A stretch of DNA of 55,777 nt, taken from assembly GCA_034780895.1 (NCBI GenBank), contig JAUZTB010000057.1:13010914-13066690 (forward strand), given 5' to 3'. This document shows positions 35,831-48,122 of this stretch, piece by piece (positions within the stretch are counted from its first letter, which is position 1; the number at the start of each line of letters is the position of its first letter). A model generated the notes under the pieces. It was given only the letters and a program-made list of their open reading frames with translations, made no database searches and was not told the origin of the DNA. Origin of the DNA: Rhynchobatus australiae (Eukaryota). The position numbers were made by a program, and so were the translations under genes.

Positions 35831-38149
35831 GTGCTCTCAGGGCAAGATGATCCAAATTCTCTGTCCTCAGTTCAACATAGTCTATGTTCTCCGTAGATGG
35901 GGGGAATGACGTCATGCTGCAAGAGTTTGATGGGGAAATGGCATCAGGGTTGCATGGGTGACTCATGACAGGAAATGATTGGTTGAATCTTCCAAGTAAC
36001 ACAGAGTGATCATTATCGTGCTTCACTCATGGCAAAAAAAACAATTTCCAATTGCATAACACGGAATTAAGAAGTACTATGCCATTGACTTTTGAGGCAC
36101 TGGACACTAACTTAGACCAGTTTAATTCTGCAAGTTAAAAATCCTCTACCTTTCTTTGTTGACTGGAAGAGCAACAAATGATAATAATCTTTGGCAGTTA
36201 GANNNNNNNNNNNNNNNNNNNNNNNNNNNNNNNNNNNNNNNNNNNNNNNNNNNNNNNNNNNNNNNNNNNNNNNNNNNNNNNNNNNNNNNNNNNNNNNNNN
36301 NNAATCTTTGGCAGTTAGAGCCACCCTGATTCAATATGTGTAAAGTTGCAGCTTAAAAACTGCCCAAAACTTGGCAACAACTTGGAGTTTACAAGAGAAG
36401 ACCAATAAAGATTAAGGTTTATACTAATTTAGTAAATTACTGTTCTAAAACTGAACACATTTAAACCATGTTGAGTGGGGGAGTGGTGTTTAAAGCTAAC
36501 CTGGCAGTATTTGGTGCAGATACAGGAAAGCATTTTACTTCTCATCCTGACTTTCTTTAGCGTGAGGGACAAAACAAACCAAAGCAATAATGACCAGCTT
36601 TCCAATGTAGCAATGTATACAATTGTATTCGTCAAGCCCAAACTTTGATAACAATGCATGCAGAATACACACACAAGTACACCACATAGCTGTGATTGTA
36701 AAATACAAGTGTGTGGAAGTTGTTAATATTAATTTGTGTATCATTTGTGTAAATATTTTTGCCTCAGTGAGATTTAGTGCTGCAAATAAATATGAAGCCA
36801 CAGAATCCATTAATAATAGTAATCAAAAACAGTTTTTCTCTTGCTTTCAAAAATGTCTGTCGTTGTTCCTCTTGCAGAGGAAACAAAAGCACAAACTGTG
36901 CTTGCGTTGTATGTGGCAAATTGTGGTACGGTATATAAAAAAAAGTTTCCAATTACCAGAATAGCTTGCTGTTATTATGCATATTGTTTGTGAAATGTAC
37001 AGTTTTGATAACATCTGTGAATTCACAGACATGGCTCACAGGAAGTCTGCTTCACTGTTCCACATTTTCATCACAATATATAGAACAGCTTTTCAAGTGT
37101 GAATACTGTTTCAGAAGCAAATTAATGTTTTCAGCCTTTTTATTGAAGTAGATGTTGTCTATTTGCTCCACATCAACTTTGGTATGTGGGCCATTGGTTT
37201 CATTGAACACTCATGCCCAGGTTTTGCCAGTAGCTGGTACTCCTATAGATGGCACTGTGATGGTGTTTAGCTGTAACTGGTACCATCCTGCATGATTAAA
37301 ATTGTCCAGGAAATCTTGGATACCTGAAACAGGTGAGGCCTGAAGTGACTCCAGGTTCCAGCTGATAGCTCTCCATTGTTGTCAGGGCCAAAGATACACA
37401 AAGGCCTTTCCTNNNNNNNNNNNNNNNNNNNNNNNNNNNNNNNNNNNNNNNNNNNNNNNNNNNNNNNNNNNNNNNNNNNNNNNNNNNNNNNNNNNNNNNN
37501 NNNNNNNNNNNNCAAAGGCCTTTCCTCCACTACCTAAGGCATTGTGGGGCTGGGAGAGGTCACAGTTGTGGTGATGAGGTAGTTGAAAGAGCAACAGGAG
37601 GGGTGGCAGAGTGAATCAGATCCAAAGTGAGGAAGGATGGGGCATTGAGGGTCAGAGATGTCAGGGTAAGGGGGTTGGGGGGGGTCGGGTGTTGGATATA
37701 CAACTGGAGAATGTCAACAGTCAATGTGGAGGTGGAAGCAAACGCTGAGCGTAACTCTTAAAGAGAGACATGCCTGTCAGAAGATTAGCACCTCTGATTC
37801 CCCAGCAATGGACTCAATAAAGCTGGTTCATTTTAACAAACTTAGATGGAGCTCACTGCACATGTACAGAGCCTCTTGTGTGTATGCAGAACACATGCAC
37901 TGGAGACTTGGAACAACATGTGGAATCGACACGCAATTTAAAACTATTGTAGTACATGGAAGAAGTTCCAGCCCAATAGTTATTGATTTAATGGGGAACC
38001 TATTGCCCTTTGATTGTGCAATCTAGCCATCAGGTTCCAAGAAAACACTGAAAACACTTGTTAGCGATTACTTTAATGCAATTATTAAATTCAGTGCCTG
38101 AATTTTGCTCAAGCTAAGGATTTCTAACATTTTTCAAACTTTTTAATTT

Positions 38150-38420
38150 AATTATCTGGATCTGGGTGTCACCAGGAAAGCCAGCATTTATTGCTCATCC
38201 CTAATTGCCCTTGAGAGGGTGATGGTGAGCTGCTTTCTGAAATCATTGCAGTCTTTGTGAAGATGGTATTGCAACAATGCTGTTGGACAGGAGGTTCCAG
38301 GATTTTGATTCAGCAACAGCGAAGGGATGGTGAATATATCTGTGCCCAGGTAATAGATGACTGGGAGGAAGTTTGCTGGCGGTGAGGTTCCTATCTGCTT
38401 GCTGCCCTTGTCCTTCCATG
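38150..38420 (-). mobile_element. CR1-group LINE 3' end, same family as 19670-20580
   Basis: GCCAGCATTTATTGCTCATCCCTAATTGCCCTTGAG; the minus-strand ORF gives PFAVAESKSWNLLSNSIV. Confidence 0.88.
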
Positions 38421-39189
38421 AACATATTTATCTGGTGTTTCTCTTCTTGCCTTTCAATAGCTTCATTGTAGAGTTCACACGAAAATCTCAACCTGTTCCA
38501 AAGTTTTGGCTCTCGACATAATAATTTTGCCCAGGTCTCTGACCACAGAGAGTTTGGATTGTGCAGTCTGAGCATGTGCAGAGTTACTTCCCAGGATGCA
38601 TCACCATCAGTCAGTCTGTCAGTTCTTCTGTAAGAAATCTTTTTTTTCATTTCTTGCAACAGATTTTTTTAATTAAGTAATTTAAGAAGGATTGATTTCG
38701 AAATGTTAAAATAAAGGTTTTTTTTTTGCCAGCAGTATGGTGTGCCCTGTGTGTGCCTATAAGAACAGTTAGAGATGGACATTGTTGGTGTTGCTAGTGA
38801 AGGGTACACCTCATGAATGAATATAAAGCAGTGAAAGTATGTTATTTGATAGTTTTTATGTTCTGTAAACTTTAAAAAGTATATTTAATAGGCAGAAACT
38901 GAAACTGAGTGGGACTGAGGCAGGTTATATCAGACCATGATTCTTTTCATATCACACTATTTCAATTATTCACATTAAGTTGGATTTTGAAACNNNNNNN
39001 NNNNNNNNNNNNNNNNNNNNNNNNNNNNNNNNNNNNNNNNNNNNNNNNNNNNNNNNNNNNNNNNNNNNNNNNNNNNNNNNNNNNNNNNNNNNNTTTGAAA
39101 CCAACTAATTGTCTTCACGTTTGTTCTGTTGACTAAATACTTGTGCAGCTGAGGCTGAGGTTGCAATTTCTAGCATCAGAAGAGGATAG

Positions 39190-39272
39190 TACGGGATAAT
39201 GGTGAAGTGGCAGAGCAGACTCGATGGGCCAAATGGCCTACTTCTGCTCCTTTGACTTGTGACCTTGTGATA
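39190..39272 (+). mobile_element. CR1 3' terminal fragment
   Basis: TGGCAGAGCAGACTCGATGGGCCAAATGGCCTACTTCTGCTCCT is near-identical to 53750-53795. Confidence 0.9.
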
Positions 39273-39329
39273 ATAGAAAAGCAGAAAGATTGGCAGCTTC
39301 TATTCTCATCTTAATTGTCTAATTTCATA

Positions 39330-40700
39330 ATGATAAAGATATTGAATTTTGAAAACAAATAAATTCTTGGAGGGAAATCTCAGGAAAGTAGATTGGGAGG
39401 AGAAGAGGTTGAAAATTGGTTGAAGGGAGGTGGTGACTGCTCTTTTGGAACCCATCCTTGTGAACTTTGAATGGTGGTGTGGGGGGAATGAAAGGAGGAT
39501 CATTAAAGATGAGAGCGGGCTGGTCAGTGGAAGAGAAAGTTATTGGTTTCAACGATGATGTGTCCCCAGAGGCTGTGCTATGAAGTTTATTATGCAGTAT
39601 GCCCCTAACTATTTGAGTTGTGCATCATTCCACTGCAAATTTCAGTCAGACCTGAGTGCCAATGTTTTGGTCATCACTGGTGTACCCCTCTCTCTGTGGT
39701 GGCTGTGGTCCAACACATGTGGCTTCACTGAGTGTGGAGAAAGTGTGATGGTAGCTGAAAATGGATGTTGTGCAGGGTGGGGAAAGATTCGGGCCTCTAA
39801 AGGAATTGGGATGACTGGAGGGTTTAGGGACTCAGGGTAATTAGGTTTTGGTTGGGTCAAGTTGGGGAGGAAGAGGTGGAGGATGTGGTTGTTACCAAAG
39901 AAATTGTCTGGGGTGCTGAACGAGAGGAGGTCATTGTGGAGCCTACCACCAGAGTGGAATCTTTGTAACGTGCTTGATTCATGAGGAGTGTTCCTGGGAT
40001 AACAAGCATTAATTTCCTCAGTAATGTTCCAAAGACCTGCAGGTGATGTTAGTGCATTGTGTTCCAAGGGACAGTTCTCAGAATCACTAAATTTTGATAA
40101 TGTTACTCCAGGTTGGGAGCTCCTTCTGGGGAATCTCACTCTTCCTCTCCCCTCCTTTGTGTGGAGTGCTGGGAATGAGACACGCCTATTCTGGACATCA
40201 GACAAAAGATCAAGGCTGGTTTGCAAACAGAAGAACCTGGTCAAGTTGCTGGAACAGTGGAATTCAATCTAGAAAAGGTCATAATTATACTCTGCTCCAG
40301 TAAAAGTTGATTTTCCTGATGTGAAGGGCCGAAAAAAAGCCAAAGCTAGGTGTCGATATTTCTGGGTGACAGTCGTTGAATTGGTAGATATGTGGATGCT
40401 GAAGGGACTACCTTCATAGCGAAAAGATGTAGAAGTTNNNNNNNNNNGAAACATGGGGATGGTGAGGAATATGAAAGGAAGATAGAAGGTTATATCTTCC
40501 CGAAAACTTCCACCCCTAAATGCAGTTGGACACTTCTATCCCTTCCTCATCCTTCCGTATCATCCACACCTGCTGAAGAGGAAAGTAGAAACTGACAGAA
40601 AAAGAAACAAAATGAAGAGCCGGGGTGAAGAATGGAAGATGTGAGTTGGAGATGCAGGAAAAATATCAAACCCCAACTCATCAGAGACGGAGAATGGTAA
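39330..40700 (-). mobile_element. Decayed Ty3/gypsy pol remnant (RT start, RNase H, integrase)
   Basis: Minus-strand motifs are in order: weak SSP...CFFF...RKDEEG...CI (RT start), AFF...GAEYNYDLF (RNase H), VLDHSHH..GTPVMTKTLAL (IN zinc-binding region), LKPI...DGFQKSSHHLP (~LQPL...DRFSKAAHFIP). Confidence 0.6.
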
Positions 40701-41913
40701 TCATATTATCTGACCAACTGCATGGCACAGGAGACTAATTAGCAGGACTAGAAACGATGATGCAATGCTTTATTTCATGGTTAATTTTGAGATTATGCCA
40801 AAGTGGGAAAGCAATGAAAGTTATTATGTCTATTAAACTCTGAACAAGGTGAAGTAGCTAATCTAAATGACCTTTAGCAATTCCCAGCAAATTAAGGTAT
40901 TTAACTAACTGCTTAAAGATGGACTTAAACACAGATTTTCACAGAAATTGATGCTTGGCTTTACCTGATGCATGTTTTAATAAGACGTGTCATTTCTTGT
41001 CTTGATGCTTCAGGTTATTAAAACATTGGTATAAACATTTGACTCTGATGCTCTTTTAGCAACAATAAATGACAACGTTGTGGCTTTTTAAACAAGTCAG
41101 GATTTGTTTTGGAATCCATTGCCAGAATCTGCTTTGTTGGTCTGCATTGGCTAGATTCAAAAGCAATTAATAATAGGCATATACCAGTACAAGAGGTAGT
41201 GGCTGCAGAGCTTGCACAAAGTCAAGTAGTTACTTTGAAAGAAATCACATAGAATCCTTGGATGAACACCAAATCTGTCGGGATCATTCCCTGCTACTGC
41301 TGGATCATTTCTAAATCTAACAGAAGCTTCTTTAGCATTCGGGAGGTGTTGAGGGAGGGAGAGAATATTGTACAATTTATTGATGTTGTTGTGCTACAAG
41401 CATAACAAGACTCAGTTCCCTATAATATACTCACAGGTGTCCATAACTCTGGGCCTATTTGGATAAATTCCGAAGTGTATATGCAATTACCAATCTGAAA
41501 AAATATTATAAAAACCCGTGACTCAATTCTTGTGAACAAGTGGAGTCTTGCCAATTGTAAAATATGATGTCACAATAGATATGGGCTGAGGAAATGAATT
41601 GGGTGTAGGGTTTAATTTAAGATTGTACACCTCGGAGTGTGACTCACGTTATATCTGGAGAAATTTACTTGCATTCTTCATTAGAGAGGGAAGAAAACAA
41701 CATCTTAATATGATCACAATGATATTAATGGAGGAACTAATCTGTAGAACTCGAGCCATATTTGTTTGCTATGGTCAAGAAATTGCTCCATGCCCTAACC
41801 AACACCATATTTGAAAGTCAGATGAGGAGTGACAACTGCGTGTCAGAGACTGAGCGAAGGGGAATGTTGGATTGTTGAGTTTCCCTGTGTAATGCCAGCC
41901 TGAAAGTGATGTT

Positions 41914-42075
41914 AAATAAAAACGGAAAATGCTGGAAGTACACAGCAGGTCCGTCCCTTCGACCTGAAATGTTTACTCTGTTTCTCTTCTCACAGATGCG
42001 GCATGACCTGCTGAGTATTTCCAGCAGTTTCTGTTCTTATTTTAGATTTCTGGTAACCGTAATTTCTTTGATTTT
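41914..42075. mobile_element. Fold-back Penelope-derived insert with a decayed TSD
   Basis: Arms AAATGCTGGAAGTACACAGCAGGTC / GACCTGCTGAGTATTTCCAGCAGTT. The flanks CTGAAAGTGATGTT (41900) and CTGAAACTGAATTT (42076) match at 11 of 14 positions. Confidence 0.75.
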
Positions 42076-42179
42076 CTGAAACTGAATTTGTCGGTTTCAG
42101 CTTGACGTTGCCTGATGAATGGCTGTAAAGTCTGACAGATGTCACCATTTAGCCCAGCAGCTTCCAAATCTGTGTTGTA

Positions 42180-42500
42180 AAAAGGACATAACACAATGCA
42201 AGTAATGCTCTTCCAGTTCCCACTGAATCAATGGATGCTGCATTGATGATGGAGGTAGGATTGAGGTGGGGGAGAACTCTCTCAACTGGTCACAGGGACC
42301 TGGGCAAGCTGACAGGTGGAGGGCAAGGGGACTACAGAGACCCTCCAAGTCTTCAGTTGAAGCTCCTGGCAGAAGGTGCATGCTGTCTTTGAATGTCCAC
42401 ATTGCACAGAATGCTATGCAGGCAAACACCATTGCCCTCTTCGTCTATTCCTGTTGGCTGAGAGGAAAGCAGTTGAAGTCTCCTGTTTCTCATTATAGAG
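42180..42500 (-). mobile_element. Decayed Ty3/gypsy gag zinc knuckle plus protease
   Basis: With frameshifts the minus strand reads PLSQQE-RRR-GVCLHS-VQCGHSKTAC (~LSxEERxRR..GLCLYCGQxGHxxxxC), then ASIDSVGTG (~ALIDSGAxG). Confidence 0.55.
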
Positions 42501-44688
42501 TCTGGGTGAGCACCCTGAAGTATCAGTAGATAGCAGACTGCCACAGAGCTCAGCAGCAGCAGCCTGGAATAATCCCAAGTGTAGGAAGCTGATATTGATC
42601 AATACCTTGATCTTCAGGAGCAGTCAAGGCATATGGATTAGGTTGTATTTGTTGTAGAAAGCCACATAAGGTCAAAGAGTGCAGCTTGTGTTGGCTCTTT
42701 AAATAGCACAGTTCCAGGAGAAGTGGGATTAATAAAAGTTAGTGAAACTTGCTTGTTCTGTGAGTAAGTATGGTTGTTTAAAACAGTGTGGTTGAAGATG
42801 TCATTGCAGAAGAATGTTGTGTATTGAATACTATTGACGTTTTTTGGGGGACTTTCATGATGAGTAAAATTGTTTGGGGGAATAAAAATCCCACCAAAAT
42901 ATCAGATAAATTTCCCAACAGTCCCCAAGATACCCAGAAATATGTCAAAATTGCTCCACCCAGGGTTAAACCCATTTTCAACTGCACCATGCTGTTTTGT
43001 TTACAGAGTAAGTGAACACGATTCTAGTTCAATGATTTGTTTGAAAGCTAACAGGACAGAAGCTGATAATTGTTTCAACCTCTGTTAAAATTAACAACAT
43101 TTAATCTATCCCTAGACTATCCTTCGGTTGAGTCCAGTCAGGTAAAATGAGTCCCAGTAATTGTCAGCTTGTGTCCTAAGTANNNNNNNNNNNNNNNNNN
43201 NNNNNNNNNNNNNNNNNNNNNNCTGTTGACAGTTGATGGAAAGAAGTCTTTGACTGTTAGGAAAGGAATAATCCAGATATTTGATGTTCAAAACTTTGTA
43301 CTGTGGAATGAAGCTCACAGCCACCATTCCCGACATGATAGGCTTTTAAACGTGGTCATATCAAAAGGAGAATGCTGCATTTGGTGGGTGTTTCTTGCAG
43401 ATGGGGGAGACGCATTGAAAGTGAGGTCATACCAAGCTACTGTCTTCACTAACAAAAGTGCTGGTTGCAAATGTAGCTGATGAGGAGCCTGAAAACTAGC
43501 CTGACCTAAAAATGACATATCAATATAACTACGAGCTGGAGCCAATGACTAGAAAAAAGAAAGCTTACATTCATAATGGGGTTAAATTATTCAGTGACTA
43601 TATCTTTTCGTTGATGGAAGGAAACAGAAAGACAGCAAATCATACTGTATTATAGCAATAAATACCTGGAAATTAGATTGCACAATGGCATGCTTTTGTG
43701 TGCTATGTGACACAATTTCTCTGAGAAATGAATCAGAGGACTTAAAGTGTGATTCATAAAGGCTGTGATTTTCATCCTGAGATACACTGTGCCTTTGCCA
43801 CAGAATGCATGAAGGACCCAGGACATGCACACTAGCAACTAATGACGTGCAACACAAATCTAGATGCCACTTTTGGGATTTTCATTTATGTTGTTGCGGT
43901 TGCAAGCCAATCCATCAAAAGCAGGCTTTTACAGCTTTTGTCAGATTTGCTTCTGTGGAACTTAAAGGGAACCTGTCGAGCAGATCCCAGGCTTGAACTA
44001 GGGAACACCACTCGGGTAAATCCCATTTAAGTTATTTATTGCGCCAGCTCTCCGTCAGAGTGCTGGTCCCCATCCAACCACACCAACAACCCCAAGCTTG
44101 CAACCCTCACCCAACCGGACCTGTGTAATACACTGATCTCCTGAACCCTCTGACTTGGCTTCCCCTCACGTCCATCACCACTGGCAGCCAACACTCATCC
44201 TGCCAAGCTCTTCCAGTACATGACTCATTCTCCACTTCCCCACTGCTGGGCCTCTCTGCACCACAATCCATTCAGGAGCCAGCTGTGGCCCTGGATCGGC
44301 CTATGTCCTTTGCGCCCTGCACTGATGCAGTCTGTGAAGGAATTACTTCATCAAAGGTAATTCAGTAACACTTGAGGCCCCAAATAATATCAAATGCTAC
44401 TCAATTTCCAAATAGTAGCTCCACAAGCAAAATAGATGTTGGTGTAACACCTCACAACCTCTTAGACTCAGAGAATTGTATGGCACAGAAATAGCCCCTT
44501 TGTTCCATCATATCCATGCTCATGTTTTTGCCCTCTGCTGCTCTGGAGGCACTGAGGAAATTCTGGCCCAAAATCTATATAGAAATTATTAAATTCTACT
44601 CCCCATGTGTCTCCTACTCAAACTTTCAATTACTTGCTCCTCATGGGGGGTTTGAAATTCCTCCGTACATAATCTCTATTCACTTGTG

Positions 44689-44948
44689 TACAGGCAATGC
44701 TCGTATTTGGGGTGGGGATTGTGTTCCTAGAAAACGGTCCCTATCAAGATTTTTCCTTAACGTAAAGCTGCGCCAACTGCACTCATGTCAGGAAATCCAA
44801 GTTGGAAAAAATATGAATTTTGTGTTTAGTTATTTACTTTTTTTTCACATAAATGTCATAAGGGAAAATTTTTATTCCGTATCTCAGAATTTTTGGTAGT
44901 GATTTGTGAATTCCGTAAAGGCAAATTTCCATTTCCCAAACTGCTGTA
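44689..44948. mobile_element. Tigger/pogo-like MITE remnant
   Basis: It starts TA-CAGGCAATGCTCG...GTGTTCCTAGAAAAC and ends ...TGCTG-TA, consistent with a TA TSD and a decayed TIR. Confidence 0.4.
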
Positions 44949-46869
44949 ATGTATTAAGTTTGACACTGTCCTCCGCTGCTGAAGGACTCTAATCTTCTTC
45001 TCTTCATTTACTTGGAATAATAGTTATAACTTTAGTTGAAGGTTATTTCTAATGTGTTAGCTTACTAGTTTAATGCTCTTGAGGAAAGGGAATGTATCTC
45101 CGCAAGGTCACCATCACATTTGTAAAGAGGCTGGAGTGACTCAATGCAGTCTACAGCTCGATCAGTTTTGCCGCAGTCCCGTTCTGCAGAGCCCCTTATA
45201 CACTACTGTGCATAAAGTTAATTGCAGCCCAGTTCGGATCTTATGTGATGTCCATGTTTCTTACCAACGGTTAAAAACAGGAGGCTTTATTGTTTTCCTG
45301 GAAATCTGTTACAGTGGGACAATGGACCATGAGTGCCAATACTGGCATTTCTAGTATGTGTGTTGTGTGTGCTTCTCCAATGTGGATGGGAAGTCCAATG
45401 CCTGCCTTCTAATAAGGGAATGATTTCCCAGTTTCTCCTGACCATGTTTCATTTGGCTCCTTAAGCTTTCTCTGAAGCCACATCCACCCATGTGGGGAAT
45501 GATATGCTACATCTCAGTTGACGTGCTGTCCTCCACAGATGTGCCTTGTACTGCCTGATTGGGAACTTATGAATTGGCCCTCTCTGGACCTCCAACCTCA
45601 TGTCCCCAAGGTGTAGATGGTTGTTCGGCATCACACATGGCAAGATGAAAACCCTCAGGAAACATAGCCTTGAACTAGGGATCTTGCTTCCAAAGAAATT
45701 AAGTGTTGGAGGGGAAGGCCTAGTGTGCTGAATTTTCCATTCCAAGGCATATTTCAGAGAACGATGTCACAGATGCATTGGGTGCAGCTTGGTGATTTCA
45801 GGTGGAACATATGCAGCAGATGACCTTTCTGCTTTCCCCATGCAAGTGAAAAGTATTACCACACCTTCATACAGTATCTGTTCCTTTACTTTGCAACCTA
45901 CTTAAAATTGAGGTGAACATGCAGCCTAAAGCAGGCAATTCAGCACAATTGGAGTTTGGCAGATGCTTTTCTTATTCAGGCTCCTCCCATTCTTCTTCAC
46001 TGAACCTTAGCAGCATTCTATTCTACTTCATTTTCCAAACATACTTACCTAGCTTCCTCTGAAATGNNNNNNNCCTCAACAATTCCTTGCGTTAGCAGAT
46101 TCAATTTTCTACGCACTCTGAATTCATAACTTGCTTTATTGGATCCTGCCTTGCACGTATAGCCCACAGGACACCACAAGAATCAAAAAGATCTTCCTTA
46201 CATCCACTCTTTAAAACCATTTCATAATATTTAATGTCTCTATTGTCTCCCCTTTATCTCATAATTCGATTATGTAACCTGTGAAGTGGAAGAGGCCCAA
46301 CACTGGAATTTTAACCGATTACGATCTGTCTTCATTCAAAATACTTTATTCAATAGTCAGAATTAAACCAATGAATCCAATTCATTAACAATATTTATTT
46401 ACTTTTATTCAATGTGTCTGAATTTCAGCTTATGATAGCAGCGCTCAGCTTTATTTGCACATTGGTGTGTTCCCTAGTTACAAAGATTCGAATTACCTGC
46501 TGGTCAATGTGCTGAGCTGCCTGTGCACTGACATGTTACATTGCAGCATCAAGTTATAGGGCTTTCAGTTTTTGGATAATACACAACTGATTTAGTGCAA
46601 TTAGTCAGTGGAATATGTGTCAGTTTAACGATACCCTATATCGCTTTTTCAGTCTCTTTCATTGACAGTATTGCACATGGTTGAAGGATTTTCTACTTTG
46701 ATAGTTGCTTTCAGCTCGTCAACCAGCAATTCATAATAGCAAGTTGCCAATACATTTATGGATGCCCTGAGTTACAATTCAGGCTCTCTCCCAACATTTC
46801 TTTGCTCGCAGTCGCAACAAATGACTAGGTTCTGTAATCAGCCTCACTTCTCCTCTGAAACTTGCTTCA

Positions 46870-47070
46870 TACAATCATTACAGAACAAAAGGCCATTCAG
46901 CCCACTGAGCTCTTGCCAGCTCTTTGTAAGTCTAAATCCCTGTTTTTTTCTCTGCAGCTCTGCATCTTTTTTCCAGTACTTATCCATTTCTATTTTGAAA
47001 ACTGTGATGTTATCTGCTTCCATCAGCATTCCAGGGATGTGTGTGAAAACTTTGTGCCATAAAAATGTTA
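46870..47070 (-). mobile_element. CR1 3' fragment
   Basis: Minus-strand ORF EADNITVFKIEMDKY; AAGGCCATTCAGCCCA end. Confidence 0.7.
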
Positions 47071-47074
47071 AATA

Positions 47075-47330
47075 ATGATCATTTCCAATGTGAGACCCAA
47101 ACAACCTCCCCCTGATATACCGCTCTCATCACCCATTGACCAGAAATACAACTGGACTAGCCAATGTGAATACCACAGCTGTAAGGTCACGTCAGTGGTA
47201 ACTGATGCAACAAATGACATCCCAAAACCTTTCCACCATTTTTACAGGACACAAATCAGGAGTGTGATGGAACACTCTCTGCAGTTTGGGCAGGAGATGC
47301 CACTTCAGCCCATTCAAGGCATGAACAGTA
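47075..47330 (+). mobile_element. CR1-group LINE RT fragment
   Basis: IDQKYNWTS...YRTQIRSVMEHS, homologous to the 20100-20580 peptides. Confidence 0.75.
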
Positions 47331-47809
47331 TCAATGTCCAATTTGGCAACTTCATGTAACTCACCTCTTCTGTTGTAAGTCTATCCACCTGTAATGTTAA
47401 CTCTTCACAGGTATTGCCTCATCTGCTGGGTACATCAAGCATTCTCCTTTAGGCACTTGTGTGGTGTTAATGTCCTGATAACCTCATCTTCTGATGGGGT
47501 ACATTACAACCTTCTGGATCCAACATTAAGCTCAACAATTTCAGATAATGAGGAAGTCANNNNNNNNNNNNNNNNNNNNNNNNNNNNNNNNNNNNNNNNN
47601 NNNNNNNNNNNNNNNNNNNNNNNNNNNNNNNNNNNNNNNNNNNNNNNNNNNNNNNNNNNNNNNNNNNNNNNNNNNNNNNNNNNNNNNNNNNNNNNNNNNN
47701 NNNNNNNNNNNNNNNNNNNNNNNNNNNNNNNNNNNNNNNNNNNNNNNNNNNNNNNNNNNNNNNNNNNNNNNNNNNNNNNNNNNNNNNNATCTGATGAAAA
47801 TTCACGTAA

Positions 47810-48122
47810 TTAAAAAAAATTGCTGGAAACACTCAACAGGTCAGGCAATATCTGTGGAAAGTGGAGCAGAGTTAACATTTCAAGTTGAAGACTCTTTGTC
47901 AGATGACCTGAAATGTTAACTCTGTTTTTCTGCAGATGTTGCCTGACCTACTGAGTGTTTCCAGCATTATCTATTTTTGTATCAGATTTTCAGCATCTTT
48001 TTTTTTTGGGTTTGGGTTTCATCTGACGGAAGCATTAACTTTGTTTCCCTTTCCACTGATGCTGTTTAACCCACTGATTAATTTCAGCAATTTCTATTTC
48101 ATTTCAGGTTTCCAGCAGCTGG
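47810..48122. mobile_element. Fold-back Penelope-derived insert abutting an older related arm
   Basis: Arms of about 65 nt: TGCTGGAAACACTCAACAGGTCAGGCAATATCTG...CAGAGTTAACATTTCAAGT / ACCTGAAATGTTAACTCTG...CAGATGTTGCCTGACCTACTGAGTGTTTCCAGCA. A second decayed arm lies at 48020-48122. Confidence 0.8.

Noticed and set aside
37576-37590. let-7-like TGAGGTAG seed
   Set aside because: It diverges from let-7 after about 9 nt and has no precursor hairpin.
38243-38659. 138-aa minus-strand ORF / possible exon
   Set aside because: The C-terminal part is a LINE 3' end and the remainder has no recognisable homology.
43223-43480. Protein-like + frame LLTVDGKKSLTVRKGIIQIFDV...
   Set aside because: No domain recognised and no defined splice boundaries; a database search would be needed.
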